A stretch of DNA of 64,000 nt from Eledone cirrhosa (Eukaryota). Position 1 is the first letter of the stretch. Each line of letters begins with the position of its first letter. The stretch spans positions 73,656,001-73,720,000 of the forward strand of contig OZ024740.1 of NCBI GenBank assembly GCA_964016885.1. The letters are read 5' to 3'. Positions 39,001 to 54,096 of this stretch are shown piece after piece. The translations under genes and the position numbers were made by a program. A model generated the notes under the pieces. That model worked only from the letters and a program-made list of their open reading frames with translations, did no database searches and was not told the origin of the DNA.

Positions 39001-42000
39001 GGACAGTTCAGGCTGCAGAGCATTAATATTCAATATTACAAAAAATCTAACTGCTTGCTCTACACTAACTGTTTTGATATTGTATTTATTCTTGAACCCT
39101 TTTGAAATTCGTAAACCTTATTTTATTCTTTATAATTTCCTGAGGATATGTAAGTTATAAGTAATATAGTGTAGTTAATTGTTAACTAATAATTTCCAGT
39201 TGTTCTGAAAATACATGTACCATTATGACTATTGAAATGGACATAAAAATAAGGAATGAATGTAAGTTGCTAACCCTTATTTTTTGTAATATTGAATATA
39301 TATATATATATATATCATCATCATCATCATTTTACGTCCGCTTTTTCCTGCTTGCAAGGGTGGGACATATATATATATACATATCAAATTAAAATATTGA
39401 GTTAAAAACTCTCAATATTTTCTTATATATATATATATAGAAAGAGAGAGCTTATTTGATTATATGTGTGTGTTTATTTCTCTCTTTACTGTGTTATATG
39501 TGTGTATACACATATGTTTGTGCTTATGTTTATGCCCTGTAACTTAGCAGTTTGATAGAAAATAGATTGATTAGGAATTCAGTAATTCTATATAAGAACT
39601 GACTCAGACTTTGACAACCTATCCAACCCATTCCAGCATAGAAAGCAGATGTAAGATGATAATGATGATGATGATGAATAGCCCCAGTAACAGCAACATC
39701 AACATCAATAACTAATATTGTCAATAATGCAACACCATGAACATTACCATCAACAACCTCAACAACAGCATCATCATTAATAACAGCAATATCAATCCCA
39801 ACATCAATAATAGTAACAATAAGCAAGCAAACAAATCTAAAGATGAAAGCAGACAATATATTATATAAAGAATTCTGGAGAGTCTGAAAAACACTCAGTG
39901 ACAATGAGACAATGTGTGGACACTCAGTGACAATGCCAAAGATAAAGACAAATTCACCTCATGCTGTCGAACGAAAAGGCAAGGACTCCTCCTCTTTATT
40001 TTGGCCGCGGATGGCCAACATAACCCCAACCCCAGCCCCCACACCCCTCCCCACCGTTCCCACCCACCAAACGCAATCCAAAACTTCAGAGTTGGTACCA
40101 TGAATGTAGGCACCTTAAAAGGTCGCTCTAACAAGGTTGTAGAAATGCTTGAACGTAAGGAGGTTGATGTTTGCTGTATCCAAGAGACCAGGTGGAGGGG
40201 TGGGTCTGCTAGATTCATTGTGGGTAAAAAACGATGCTATAAGCTTTTCTGGGTGGGAAATGACAATGGGCTGGGTGGGGTAGGAATCATGTTAGCAGAA
40301 AAATGGGTAGATAAGATAATAGACGTAAATAGAGTGAACGACAGAATAATTAAATAAGACTTGTCCAAAAAAGGACTACTGTGGCAGTAATATCTGCGTA
40401 CGCACCCCAATCCGGACTGCCTGGCGTTATAAAAGACAGATTCTATGAGACATTGATGCTCACGACCTCCCAAATAACCGACAGTGACTACATAATTATT
40501 GCTGACGACCTAAATGGTCACGTTGGACAACATTGTGACGGCTATGACGGAATCCATGGAGGCTATGGGTTTGGTACTAGAAACGAGGAAGGCTCCAGAA
40601 TCCTGGAATTCTGTGATGCAAACAACCTAACTATCTGTAACACTAACTTCAAAAAACGAGACAATCACTTGATCACCTATAGATCAGGGGAACACGCCAG
40701 TCAGATAGATTACATCCTTACCAGAAGACGTGATAGAGTGTCTGTCGTAAACACTAAATCCCTCCCCCATGAAGAATGCACTTCCCAACATAGACTCATA
40801 GTCAGCGACCTCGTAGTCAGGACAAGATGTACTCGACAACAGAGGAGGACTATCCTCAGGAGGAAAATATGGAAGCTAAAGGACACACTGACGCTGATAA
40901 GAAGGTAGCTTGGAAGTGCCACCACGAAAGGCTATAAAGTTAACTTGAAAGTTAACTCAAAAGGCCTTAAAGTTAACTTGTCTAAGACTAAAGTTCTAGT
41001 TTGTAGGAAGGAAAATAGGGCACCAGTCCCATTTGGGAAATGGCCATGCTCAGTGTGTAGGAAAGGAGTAGGCAGAAACTCCATTTTATGTCCCAAATGC
41101 AAAGTATGGGTGCATAAAAGATGTAGTGGGATTACAGGTAAGCTAACTAAGAATATAGATTTTATATGCGGCCGGTGCTCTGGTGCAATAAGTAGCAGCA
41201 AGTACCCACAGAATACTAGCTCATTCCATTACACAGATGGTTCTATAGAAATAGTGGACAGCTTCCGTTACCTGGGTGACAAAATCAGCAGTGGGGGAGG
41301 GTGCTCTGAAAGTACAGTAGCTAGAGTCAGAACGGGATGGAAAAAGTTCAGAGAGCTTATACCACTATTGGCCGCTAAAGGGTTCTCTCTAAAAATGAAA
41401 GGCAGGCTGTATGATGCCTGCATACGAACAGCAATGTTACATGGCAGTGAGACCTGGGCATTGTGTGCAGAGGATATACGCAGACTAGAGAGGAACGAAG
41501 CTTGCATGCTCCGCTGGATGTGTAATAGTAATATACGTGAACGGCAAAGCATAAATGAACTAAGGGAGAAATTAGGAATAAGAGGGATCAGATGTTGTTT
41601 ACTCGAGAGAAGACTACGTTGGTACGGTCACGTGATGCGCATGAAAGACGACAGCTTTAAAAAAGTGCAGGGCGATAAAAATAGACGGTAGCCACGGAGT
41701 AGGCAGACCCAGAAAAACCTGGGACGACTTGATAAATTCCGACCTCACACACTTACACCTCTCCAAGACAATGTCACTGGACCGAGATCTTTGGCGCTAC
41801 ACAGTAATACAGAAGACCCGCCTTGCCTAAGTACAAAGCGAAACCTACAGTCAGCAGGCACCTCTAACAAAAATACACCCTGTCCCACTACCCCTACCCC
41901 CATCCACACCACCCCCTTAAATGTGAAATTATGTTGGTACCACAACATCCAGTCCGAAACAAATGAGGTCGTGTAGGTGTCACGACAAAAAAACACACAG

Positions 42001-43787
42001 TCCACGCTGTAATGTGGCCGTGTAGGTAGCACGGTAAAAACCTCCCAGTCCACACTGTAAACACGGTTGGTGTTAGGAAGGGCATCCAGCCGTAGAAAAC
42101 CCGCCAGACAGTCCTATACGAGCAGGACAACCAATCTTGCCTCAAGTGGGGAAAACTCCCGTCCAAACCCATGCAAGCGTGGAAGATGGACGTTAAACGA
42201 TGATGATGATGATGAAAAGAACTTACAGTAATGAACATATTCTGGATCTGAAGAGTTGGTGTATAATCAGAGCGGGAATATAAGCGTATCCATTGGTCTA
42301 TGTGAGGAGCTATCATACTGTGTAACTGGAATAGATTAAATAGATATTTATACACAGAAAGACAGATAGATAGCTGATTAAATTGTTAGAGAGATAAATA
42401 GACAGATAGATATATAGATGGTTAAATAGTTAGATAGATAAACAGACTGATAAACAGATAAATAGATGGCTAAATGGTGGATGGTAGGTGGTGTAGTGTG
42501 GGGGATGGTTGGTGGTATAATGTGATAGAAAGAAATAGTAGTGTATGATGTTAAAACAAAGACTGGTGGGAGGAATACTTAAAATATGATGGAGTGGTGA
42601 TGAGATAAAGATTAAAGCAAATAATAAAGGTGTGGTAGAAGATCAGAAATTGAATGGAGCAGTGTGAGTGTCAGTTGGAATGGATTTAAAGATAAACCCT
42701 TTTGTTATTATATTTTGAATGAAACACAATGCCTATGATTTTCAAATAAATAAAAAAAAAATTCAAAGGGATTTAGTAATATAACAAACTGTTTCATAAT
42801 TAAACTAGCATTTGGTACATAATGTAACAAAGGTCCTTATATAGAATTATGATGGAATGTTTTTAGATAAATATAAACACTATAAAATAAAGAGAACCAA
42901 TGGTAGTTTCAGGTGGTTTAGTATCAAAAGAGTTGAGTGTTGGCAATAAAGGTTAGGTGAAAATGCATGCCCTAATGATTAGTGTTGATCTCATGGTTAT
43001 AAGGTCATGAGTTTGATTCCAAGACCAGGTGATGTGTTATGTCCTTAAGCAAGGCACTTCATATTACATTGTTTCAGTTCACTCAGATGAAAATGAGTAC
43101 CAGCTGGGCCTTAATCCTGCAACAGGCTGGTAATCCAATCAGAGGAAGTCCTGTACTCTCAGACACTTAACACCCATGAAACTGGGATAAGCTCCAGGCT
43201 TAATCCAACCCATGCAACCATGAATGAATGTAAAATAATAACTCTAAAGGTGAAACATCATTGTACAAGGTTTGCTGGTCACTGCTTCCATGCAAATGAT
43301 GAGATGGTTTCAGACTTCATGTTGTGGGAGATCTGCTCTACCAGAAAGCTCAGATATGAGGATACCATAGCAAGAGACACTGGACTTGACAAGGATGACC
43401 TGCAAACCTTGATGGGAAACAGACTGTTAGCATGAAGTTGTGCTTGTTGTTTCACCTAAGGGCAATGGATAAAAATAAGATAAGATGTTTTGGCTTACCT
43501 TAGTGGAGTGACTATGGTCCAATGTTAACATATTGCACACACACTCCATTACAAAGCAGTGGCATTTCCATTCCTCTGTCATGGCCTAAAGAGAAAATGA
43601 AGGAGACAATGTTAGGGTGTGCATACGGTTGTTGATGCAAGATTAAAAAAATGAAAAAGGCAGACTGGTTACAGCTAGAATGCCTTTGATCATTGTTTGT
43701 TCAATCAGAGAGACTAAACAACAACACCAGCCTACATATACACAGACACACACGTACATAGAGTCACATACACATACACATGTATGT

Positions 43788-43865
<78 letters not shown>

Positions 43866-46800
43866 AAAGTGATCATAGCTGGAATGCTTTTGATCATATA
43901 TCAACTGGATTAGGGCTGATTAACATAAAGGGATAAATGTCTGCCACTATATTCATAACAACAATGATTTTAACAAAAGCATAAGGTCACACGTTTTAGG
44001 GGAGGATGTGGTTGATTAAATTGACCCTTGTTCTTGACTGATATTTATTTTATGGACATTGGAACAATGAAAGGTAAATTGACTTTGGCAGGATTCAAAC
44101 TCAGAAATGTACTCTTTTGTTACTCTGTTTCTAATGAAATACACTGTATTTGAATTAATGAAGAATTTGGAGAGATTTACTTAAATTATTATTTCTTTAT
44201 TTAGATGATATTTGTAACATAACAAAAGGTTCTCATGTGTTGAAAGATTTTAATTTAAATAGGAACCTTTTAAAATAGATGGTTTTGTGTCATAGAATCA
44301 AAGGTAATTTTGAGCAGATTGGTATCAAAAGGGTTAAAGGGATGCAATTAAACATTGTAAGGCATCTTAGGTGGTTGAAATTAAGTGTCTTGCTCAAGGA
44401 CACAACATGCTGCCAGGAATCAAATTCACAACCTTAACCCTGTCATTAACATATTTCTAACATGCAACTGCATAAAGCTTGCCAAACAAAGGGTTGGAAG
44501 GACACTTCAGTTGTGTGAAAGACATAAACTCTCTAGTGTTGGTGATCTACACGATAAATGCACCCATTACATGCTGTAAAGTGGCCGGTGATAGGAAAGG
44601 CCTCCAGCCATGGAAAGCTTACCAAACAAAGGTACTTTAAGGTGTGTAAAAGACATGACAACCTCTCTAGAGTTTGTGTCATGTTAAAATGCATTCAACA
44701 GAATGTGGGACCATATGCAAGTGAGATGCAGATCTCCGGCCTGTCTGGGAGGCCAGTAGCCCTACCTAAGTACTGCCTTTCTCTGTAAAAACCCATTCAA
44801 CCTTTGTTAGCAGGGAAAACAGACATTAAATTATGATGACAATAATGATGAATATATTGCCTTTCTGCTTTAATTATCAATAAACTCAAAATTCATGACT
44901 CATCCAGTGAAATAACTAACTTTCAACTAAATAAAAAAAGACAAATATTTAACTACTGAAATCTAATATTTGGTATGTAATAAGATTTCAGCCCATGTTT
45001 TAGATTTATTTTGAACACTTTAAGTCTTAACATCTTGTAATAATTCAGCAGAAAATATCTAAAAACAGGTCTTTTAATTTAAATGTTTATATATATCTTT
45101 AGTTTACTGCACATTTTCCCAATGATCTGTCCACTAGTAAAGTAAAAATTTAATTTTTTAGCATGATGCAGTCAGTGCTGTTTTGTACTTTTCAGGAATG
45201 TCCTTCTAATGCAGTTTAATGCAGTACATGACGTTAAGAGTTAATGGAGGTGATTTTGTGAAGGTTGATATTTAAAGGGTTAAACAAAGACATTCTTACC
45301 TTTTGTAAACCTGATATTCGATGATCATAAAGTTTCATCTGGGATTTGCTGATTGTTTGAGCATACTGCATAGTAAAGTGATGGAAATATATACAGAAAT
45401 GTGCATTGTAAATAGTTTTAGAGTTGTAATATATGTGAAACTATGTGTTGGTAAATTCCTTACAGGCACAGGAAGGCAAAGCTCCAGCATGACATGTGCC
45501 TCAAACTTGAAGGTGATGACTACCCAGCTGACTTACCACCTAAAATACTTTGGGACCACCTCAAGAATACTGTTCTGCAGATTGCCCAGGAATCACTTGG
45601 ATTCTCGTCTAAGAAAAACTAAGACTGGTTAGATGAGAAGGAGCTCCTTGCAGAAAAGAGGTCAGCACACTAGGCTTACTTAGCCCACTCTTCCTGCTAT
45701 TAGAAGAGGGTAGCCATCTGCCATACCTGTAGCAAGCTCCAGTGCAGACTCTGGGAAATTCAAAACAAGTGGTGGACCAGTTTTGCAGAGGACTTCCAGA
45801 CATATACAGACATTGGGAACTATGGCTTGTTCTATCAAGTCCTGAAAGCAGCCTATGGTCCATAGGAACTGATGCTTTGCCCTCTTCAAAGCTCAACTGG
45901 AAAGATTTTGCTAAGTGACAGGGACTCCATCCTGATCCACTGGTCTGAATGCTTTAAAAGTCTCTTCAGTGCCAACCGCATGGTGCATGAAGCAGCAATT
46001 GACTCCATTTTACAGATATCTGTGAAAAACGAGCTTGACAAACTTCCAACACTTTGGAAAACCATAAAAGTCATTAAGCTACTGAAGACTGGCAAAGCCC
46101 CATGTATCAATGGCATTCCGCTAGAAGTCTGGATCAATGGTAGTTCCTCTCTTCACTCCAGACTCCATGAATTCATCATCAGTTGCTGGGAACATGGCAT
46201 GTTTCCTGCAGACCTCTGCAATGCAACATCACCCTTTATAAAAACAAGTGGGAAAAGGTATATTGCTCCAATTACAGAGGCATCACAGGAAAGATCCTGG
46301 CTCAAATTCTGCTCTACAGACTAACACCGATAATTGCTGAGGACCATCTGCCTAAGAGCCAGTGTGGTTTTAGAGCAAACTGTCTTGAAGCAGCTTCAGG
46401 AGAAATGTCAGGAACAAAACAGAGGTCTAGTCTGTTCATCATCTTCATTGACATGATCAAAGCATTCAACACAGTGTGTGGCAAATTCTGGAGAGGCTAA
46501 GCTGCTCACTAAATTTCCAGATCATGATAACCCAGCTCTACAATGAGCAGCTTGATCATGTCAGACATGGAAATGACCTATCACAGCCCTTCCAAATCAA
46601 CAACAGTGTGAAGCAAGGTTGCGTTCTTGCCCCATCTTTGTTCTCTTTATTTTTTAGCATGATGTTGGGAAAAGCCTTAAAAGAACTGCAAGAAGACAAG
46701 GGGACCTACATCAGATTTAGCAACATTGGAAGCTTCTTCAACCTGAAGCAGTTGCAGCACACACCAAGACCAGAGAACAACTTATCCAAAAACTCCTGTT

Positions 46801-48442
46801 TGCTGATAATGTTGCAATTGTTGCACACACTGAAAGAGCCATGCAGTACCTTACTTCATGCTTTGTAAATGCTTCTGACTTCTTTGGCCTAGAAATCAGC
46901 TTGAAGAAGACTGAAGTCTTCCACCAGGCTGCTCCTCGGGATGTATACTATCCACCAAATATTTCCATCAAGCAGGCCAAACTGAATGTTGTGCAGTAGT
47001 TTTGCTATCTTGAGAGTGCCATTTTCATCAATACTACAAGAAATTGGACAACAGACTAATCAAAGCCAGCAGTTCCTTTGGGAGACTTAAGAGGATGTGG
47101 AGAAACAATAACCTCAAAATAAAGACAAAGCTAAGTATCGACAGGGCTGTAGTCCATATTACTCTCTTATATGGCTCTGAGTAATGGGTCTTGTAATGCT
47201 GTCACACCTGCCTTGTGAAGAGATTTCCCCAATGCTGTTTGTGCATCATATTAAACATCCACTGAAATGATTATGTCACCAACACAGATGTCCTCAAGAA
47301 GGCCAAAACCACCAGTATTGAGGTCACTTTTATGAAAACATAGCTATGCTGAACAGAGCTTGTCATCAGAATGGTGATGATGATAATATAGAAGAGAGTG
47401 GATATTGTAGTGAGGATAGCATAGATGATAATACAGTACAGGTGGTGATAGATGCAGTTGTAATGAGAGTGGTAATGGCTCTGGTGATGCAAGGTGGTTA
47501 CCATTAGGCAGAGCATCCAGCCATAGAAACCATGCCTTATATGGAACAACCTGCCCAACCCATGTCAGCATGGAAAGTGGACATAACATGATGATGATGA
47601 TGATGACAGACTCACCTGAGCTTCTTTGTCACTGTATTTTGAGCGAGATTTTTTCTTCTGCATTTTACTGAGTGTATTTTGGGCCTTCTCAAAGGGAATC
47701 ACAATAGCTTTGTGTTCTTGGTTGTATTTCTTGAATGAAGACTGTAAAAAAAGAAAAAATATAGTATGATTTTTGAAAATATACAACAATAACAAGTGTT
47801 ATTAGGTCATCTTTCCTGCTGAGCTATGCACTCTATTGAGTAAGATTACTCCAATAACCCTTCAGAAGAACCTCATTTTAGCCACTTGAATTCGCGATTG
47901 TATTCTTTTGGTCATTACTCAAGATAGGCTAACCTGTATAAACTATTTATTGAGCATTACAGTAAGTTGGCTGAAGTGATTTGGACTGTGGCCAGTAGGC
48001 AGTGGTCTGTTGATCTTTTCCCTCTCACTTGCCACCTCAGTTCTTGGTTGTGGTTCTAATCATAATATGACACTATATTGTGTGTGTGTGTGTGTGTGCG
48101 TGTGTGTGCGCGTGTGTTTCTGTGTGTGTGTTTCTGTGTGTTTCTGTGTGTGTGTTTCTGTGTGTGTGTTTCTGTGTGTGTGTTTCTGTGTGTGTGTTTC
48201 AGTGTGTGTGTTTCAGTGTGTGTGTTTCTGTGTGTATGTTTCAGTGTGTGTGTTTCTGTGTGTGTGTTTCAGTGTGTGTGTTTCAGTGTGTGTGTTTCAG
48301 TGTGTGTGTTTCAGTGTCTGTGTTTCAGTGTCTGTGTTTCAGTGTCTGTGTTTCAGTGTCTGTGTTTCAGTGTCTGTGTTTCAGTGTCTGTGTTTCAGTG
48401 TCAGTGTTTCAGTGTCTGTGTTTCAGTGTCTGTGTCTGTGTC

Positions 48443-48473
<31 letters not shown>

Positions 48474-51400
48474 CTGTGTGTGTTTGACCACCAATGAATC
48501 CAATGACCAGTGTTCCAGTTGTTTGAAACAACAGAACTGCTTTCTCATGAAATTAAAGTGCAAGTGACTGAATATTCCGCATACATGTTCACCTTTAATT
48601 TAGTTCTCAGGAAGATTCTGCATGACTTAGTAACAAGGCTTGCGCTTTGAATTAGGGGTCCAACTCATTTTTGCCAGCTGAGTGAACTGGAGCAATACAA
48701 AATAATGCAACTTGCTCAAGAACACAATGTGCCACTAGGAATTGAACTCAGAACCTTATGTTCGGATTGTGAGCTGAACCCACTAACCATTAAGCCATGT
48801 ATCTTCACTACACACAATATTGTAATGATATTTTATCAGTACTATCACAAACTATAACACCAACATCATTATGACCCTCACTGTTATTATAGTACCTCCA
48901 TCAGAATACCATAGAATATCATTAAATATCACAGTTAAATAATACCATTAAAAAGCAATGTTAAATAATACTCTTAAACCATACCATTAAACACTAACAC
49001 TAAATAATGCTATGAATTAACACATTAAATTAAAGCACTCATAAAATGTTAAAAATAGCCATTACAGATGCTGCTCAGATTTAAAGAATATCAAACACTG
49101 GGTCATGACAAAGATTTGTGCAGTTCTAAAAGTTCCTTATCCAATCCAGAGCCATCAGACTCCTGTTGGAGGAACCTCTCCCTGGTTGACCACCACTGCT
49201 TTCTGTTTGGCTTTGGACATGTCACTGAAGTAACTGTACTCACCAATTGTGGGTTGGTGAGGGTATTTAACCTATAGTTGGAGTGGATGGTCATTGACTG
49301 AGGAGTTCATCTGTCCTTTTAACAGCTCGTTTTTTATGCTGCTGGCATTTCACTTACCCTCCTCACAAGACCAGGATCTGGTGGGGGAGCCATTTAGTTG
49401 CAGACCACTCGACCATGAAGCAGGTTGTACTAGGTTATATGGTACCAGTAGCAGGCAGAAGTCTGACCTGACCATAAAAAATATTTAAAAATCCAACCAT
49501 AGGTAGCTTGCCAAACAAAGAGACAGGAGGAACCTTCAGTTGTGTCAAGAATATGACAGCTTCCCTAGTGATTGGAGACCTACACAATAAATGCACCAAG
49601 TACATGCTGTAAAGTGGTTAGTGATAGGAAGGGCATCCAACCATAGAAAGCTTGCCAAAAAAAGGGTTGGGTGTAACCCTTAGTTGTGTCAAACTCAATA
49701 AAACATGAGACTATACATAAGTAAGATACAGATCACTGACCTGAGATCAGTAGCCCTGCATCAGTACTGACTTGGTCTATGTAGTCCCATCCAACCCTTG
49801 CTAGTAGGGAGAGCAGACATTAACGACAATGATGATGATAATTGATATTTAGAAAATATAATAATAATTGATATTAAATAATACCCACTTACTGCCATAT
49901 TCTTAAAGTCAGTCTCCAATTTATTCTCCAATGGAAATGACACATCATTCATCAGACTGTTCATCTACAATAAAACAACAATATATAAAATAGCTGTGTG
50001 TCTTTTATTATCTACTGGGAGAAGACATGCACATTCAATTACATACCACAGCAAGGGATGCTGGAGTTCTCCTCTAATTATTTTTGAGTCAAGCCAATAT
50101 ACTCACAGCATTGCTGCAGGTGATAACAAGGCAAAGATGCTGGAATAGCCTTGCATCCTCGTGAGCATCATTTAATATACTGATAAGGTGTGCCACCAAC
50201 AATTATATATAAATAATTTGGACTTTTTTCCATTACATAACCAGGAGAAGGAAAACTAAGAAATCTATTCTATTCTTTTACTTGTTTCAGTCATAGAACT
50301 GTGGTAATTCTGCAGCTTTCTCAGATTATGTGGATTATATGTTTACTGAAACTTTATTTTATTAACCATAGAAGAATTTGAACAAATAGATTTAACCTTT
50401 TCATTACTGTATTTCGAATGAAATATACTGCCTAGGTGTTTCAATTAATTTTGAAAATAACCAAACATTTGGAGGAATTTACTGAAATAACTAAGTTTTT
50501 CATTAGTAAGCTGATATTTAGAATAAAACATTTTGGACCATCTTTTGGAAACGTTTGTGTATCAAAGCTCTATGTAATATGTGTGCAATGGTTTATTACT
50601 AACCCTTCTGATATAAAACTGCTTGAAACCACCTTTGGTTCTACAACACAAAACTTATTTTAGAGAGTTTATATTTATTGGAAAACTTTCATAATTTTAC
50701 ATAAGAACTCATTATGTTACATTCCAAACACCAACTTAATAATGAGAAACTAAGTCTTGATTATTTTCAAAACTAAAATTCTTGATTATTTTCAAAGTTA
50801 TTTAGAAATCATAGGAAGTATTTTCCTTAAATATATGGTAATGAAAGGATTAAAGAAATAATTCTATAGTCATCATATTTGTGGTGGGGGATGGGGTGAA
50901 AATGTAGTAAAAGATGGAAACTTACTTTCTCTTTAATTTGTATATCGAGTTGTTTGTAAACCTTTGAAATTTCATGTAGAGCTGTACCTGTGTGAGATAG
51001 ATATGGAGAAGGTAAAATTTTAAGAAGCCAATATTGACATGGACAATGACAGTTGAGAGAGCATTTGCCTTAAATGGTTAGGATGATTGTGGATCTTTGG
51101 GGTTCCTCAATAAGCCTTCGGTATTCAGCTCTCTCTACTAGGATGAGTGAATGCCTTACTTAATTGTATACTATGTATACTTGTTACTCTTTTTTTTCTC
51201 CTATTTCTATGTAAACCCCCAACTTTATGTTGTAACTTTTCTTTGTAATGTCTGCTTCATCTGATGCCCTTGAGGTAAATAAAAGAAATCAAAATCAGTG
51301 GTGGTGGTCACATCATCATCATCAAAATCATCAGAGTGGTGGATTAGCAGAATTGTTAGAATATCAGAAAAATGTATTGCGCTATATATTCTGAGTTCAA

Positions 51401-54051
51401 ATCCTTTGCCTTTTGTCTTTCCAGGTTCCATAAAATAATGTACCAGTCATATACTGAAATTGATGTAATCACCAAAATTGTCAAAATAATCAATATTATT
51501 ATTATTATTCAAGTTCCACCGAGGTTAACTTTGCCTTTCATCTTTACGAGGTCAATAAAATAAAGTACCAGTAATGCACTGGGATAATTGCTGGCTTTGT
51601 GCCAAAAGTAGAAACAATTATTATTATGTTTTGATTTTACTTTCTGTTCATATGAGTTATACCAAGTCACAACCAGTGACCTCAAGAGACAAGTTCCGCA
51701 TGTTCGAAAATGGATAAAAAAACAGTTTTAGATGTTTACAATTGTGAGATGAACTTATATCGATAACATTTTCCATTAGTATTATCTTTTATATTTCTTC
51801 TATATGTGGGTTTCCTGGAATTTGGGATAAGTAATCATTAAACCTCAGATATCATTCCTAGAGTGCCTTATAAACCACTGGTATCGTTTTAGCTTTCAAC
51901 TTCCACATTTTTCCAATTTATATTTCCAAATGTTTTAACAGATACATTCTTGTCTATAGAAACAGCTATGACAATTAGCAGACATACATTCTGTTTAAAC
52001 TCCTTCAATATTATATCAGGCCTATTTTCCAATCTAAATGCTAAAGTTCTACAAAACTGAGCTTTTTCAAGTATGGGAGGTGGTTGATGCTCCCACCAAT
52101 TTTATTGATCAAAATACTTGCATTTTATCCAGTGTATGTGTTGTGCAGCTCTATCATACATGTTAAGGAATTCGATTGGAGCTAAATGACTGTACATTGG
52201 AATTATAAGATCAATGGTTACTGGTTCTTCTTTACATACACAGCATAATGGGTTGTATTCATTTTTTATGATATTGGCTTGATAGTTTTTTGTTGGTAGA
52301 CACTGATTTCTGTGCTGATATAATCAGTCCTTCAGTCTTCGATTTTTCATTATTATTATTATTATTATAATACAGTATAGAGTTACGGCCCTTTACGTTC
52401 TGAGTTCAAATCCCGCCAAGGTTAGCTTTACCTTTCATCTTGACAGAGTCAATAAAATAAAGTACTAGAAACGCACTGGGATTGATTTAATTGACTTTAC
52501 CCTCTCCCAAAATCAGAAATCATCATTATTATTAATATTATTTGAACCTCCTTTTGAATTCTGCTTCTTTCTCAAACAATGCCTCAGGTGTCAACCTGAC
52601 ACCTGAGGCAAAATTTGATAATAGACACATTTTACAATCAATTGTCATACAGATGATGCCACAAGGGCACAAACAACAGTAAATGACTTTGCAAGGTTTT
52701 TAAATTGATAATGCCTTTCTCAGGACATGGACTGTGCCAGTCAGCACTATTTTCTGTATCTCTTGCAGAGATGGCTTTCCAGGTATACGGTCCATTATTT
52801 TTGGTAGAGCATCAGACACCATACTTTGTAGTATAGAATTATGGCCCTCTACATTCTGAGTTAAAATTCTGCCAAGGTTAGCTTTGCCTTTCATCCTTAC
52901 GGAGTCCATAAAATAAAGCACCAGTAATGCACTGCGGTCGATTTAACCGATTTTCTCCTCCCACCAAATTTGCTGGCCTTGTGCCTAAATCAGAAACCAT
53001 TCTGAGTTCAAATCCCGCCGAGGTTTACTTTGCCTTTCATCCTTATGGGGTCGATAAAATAAAGTACCAGTAATACACTGTTATAATTGCTGGCCTTGTG
53101 CCAAAAGTAGAAACAATTATTACTAGAGTGGTGGATTGGTAAGGAAAATGTCTTAATACACTTTATGTTCTAAGTTTAAATTCCACTGTGAGGTTAACTT
53201 GACCTTGTGAGGTGGCTGTGATGGTTGTGGTGATGGTAAGTGTGGTTTGGGGAGTGGCAGTGGTGGTAGTTGTGGGGGACAAAGGCTGTGATGAAGGTAG
53301 ATGTGGAGGTGAAGGGAGTAATAATTGTAAGGGTGGTTCGGAGAATGGTGATTGTTAGTGTTGGTGGTGGTGGTAATGATGGTGGTGGTGATGGTAGTGA
53401 TGGTGTTGGTGGTAGTGGTAAAGTGATGTAAGGACATTGGCGAAACAGACAGGGATTATCTGTCTTTATCTTGAAAGTTGGGTAAATAGTTTATAGTTTG
53501 TTTGGCTTTAAGACACTGGGTAAGATGTGGACGAGAGGGACAGAGTAAAAAGGGGTGGGTGAATGGAAAGCAGAGAGAGTAGAGGGGTTATAGGTGAAAG
53601 GAAGAGAGAGAGAGAGATGAGAGAAAGGATGAGAAAGAGTGGAGAGGGACATGTGTGAAAGGACGGCAGAGAGGTGAAAGGAAGGCATATATATATAATG
53701 GAGGCACATGGCTTAGTGGTTAGAGCATTGGCCTTACAATTGAAAGGTTGTGAGTTCAATTCTCAGACCGGGTGATGTGTTGTTTCCTTGAGCAAGACAA
53801 TTTATTTCACATTGCTCCAGTTTACTCAGCTGTAGAAATAAGATGATAGGGACTGGTGTCCCTATCATTCCACTGTAAAGTGGTCGTGAGGTGCCACGGC
53901 AAAAAAGCACCCAGCACTCACTGTAAAATGAGGTTGGTGTTAGGAAGGGCATCCAGCTGTAGAAATCAAGCCAGAATCAGTTCCCGTCCCACCCTTGCAA
54001 GCAGGGAAAAGCGGATGTAAAATGAAATGATGATGATGATGATGATGATGA

Positions 54052-54096
<45 letters not shown>

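Noticed and set aside
48010-48567. Cys/Val-rich ORFs
   Set aside because: TG minisatellite translations.
51160-51270. ASDEADITKKSYN as an IMD N-terminal exon
   Set aside because: Wrong position relative to exon 62037-62129 and no suitable donor.
53698-53770. tRNA gene
   Set aside because: A/B boxes only, no cloverleaf; it continues into a SINE body.
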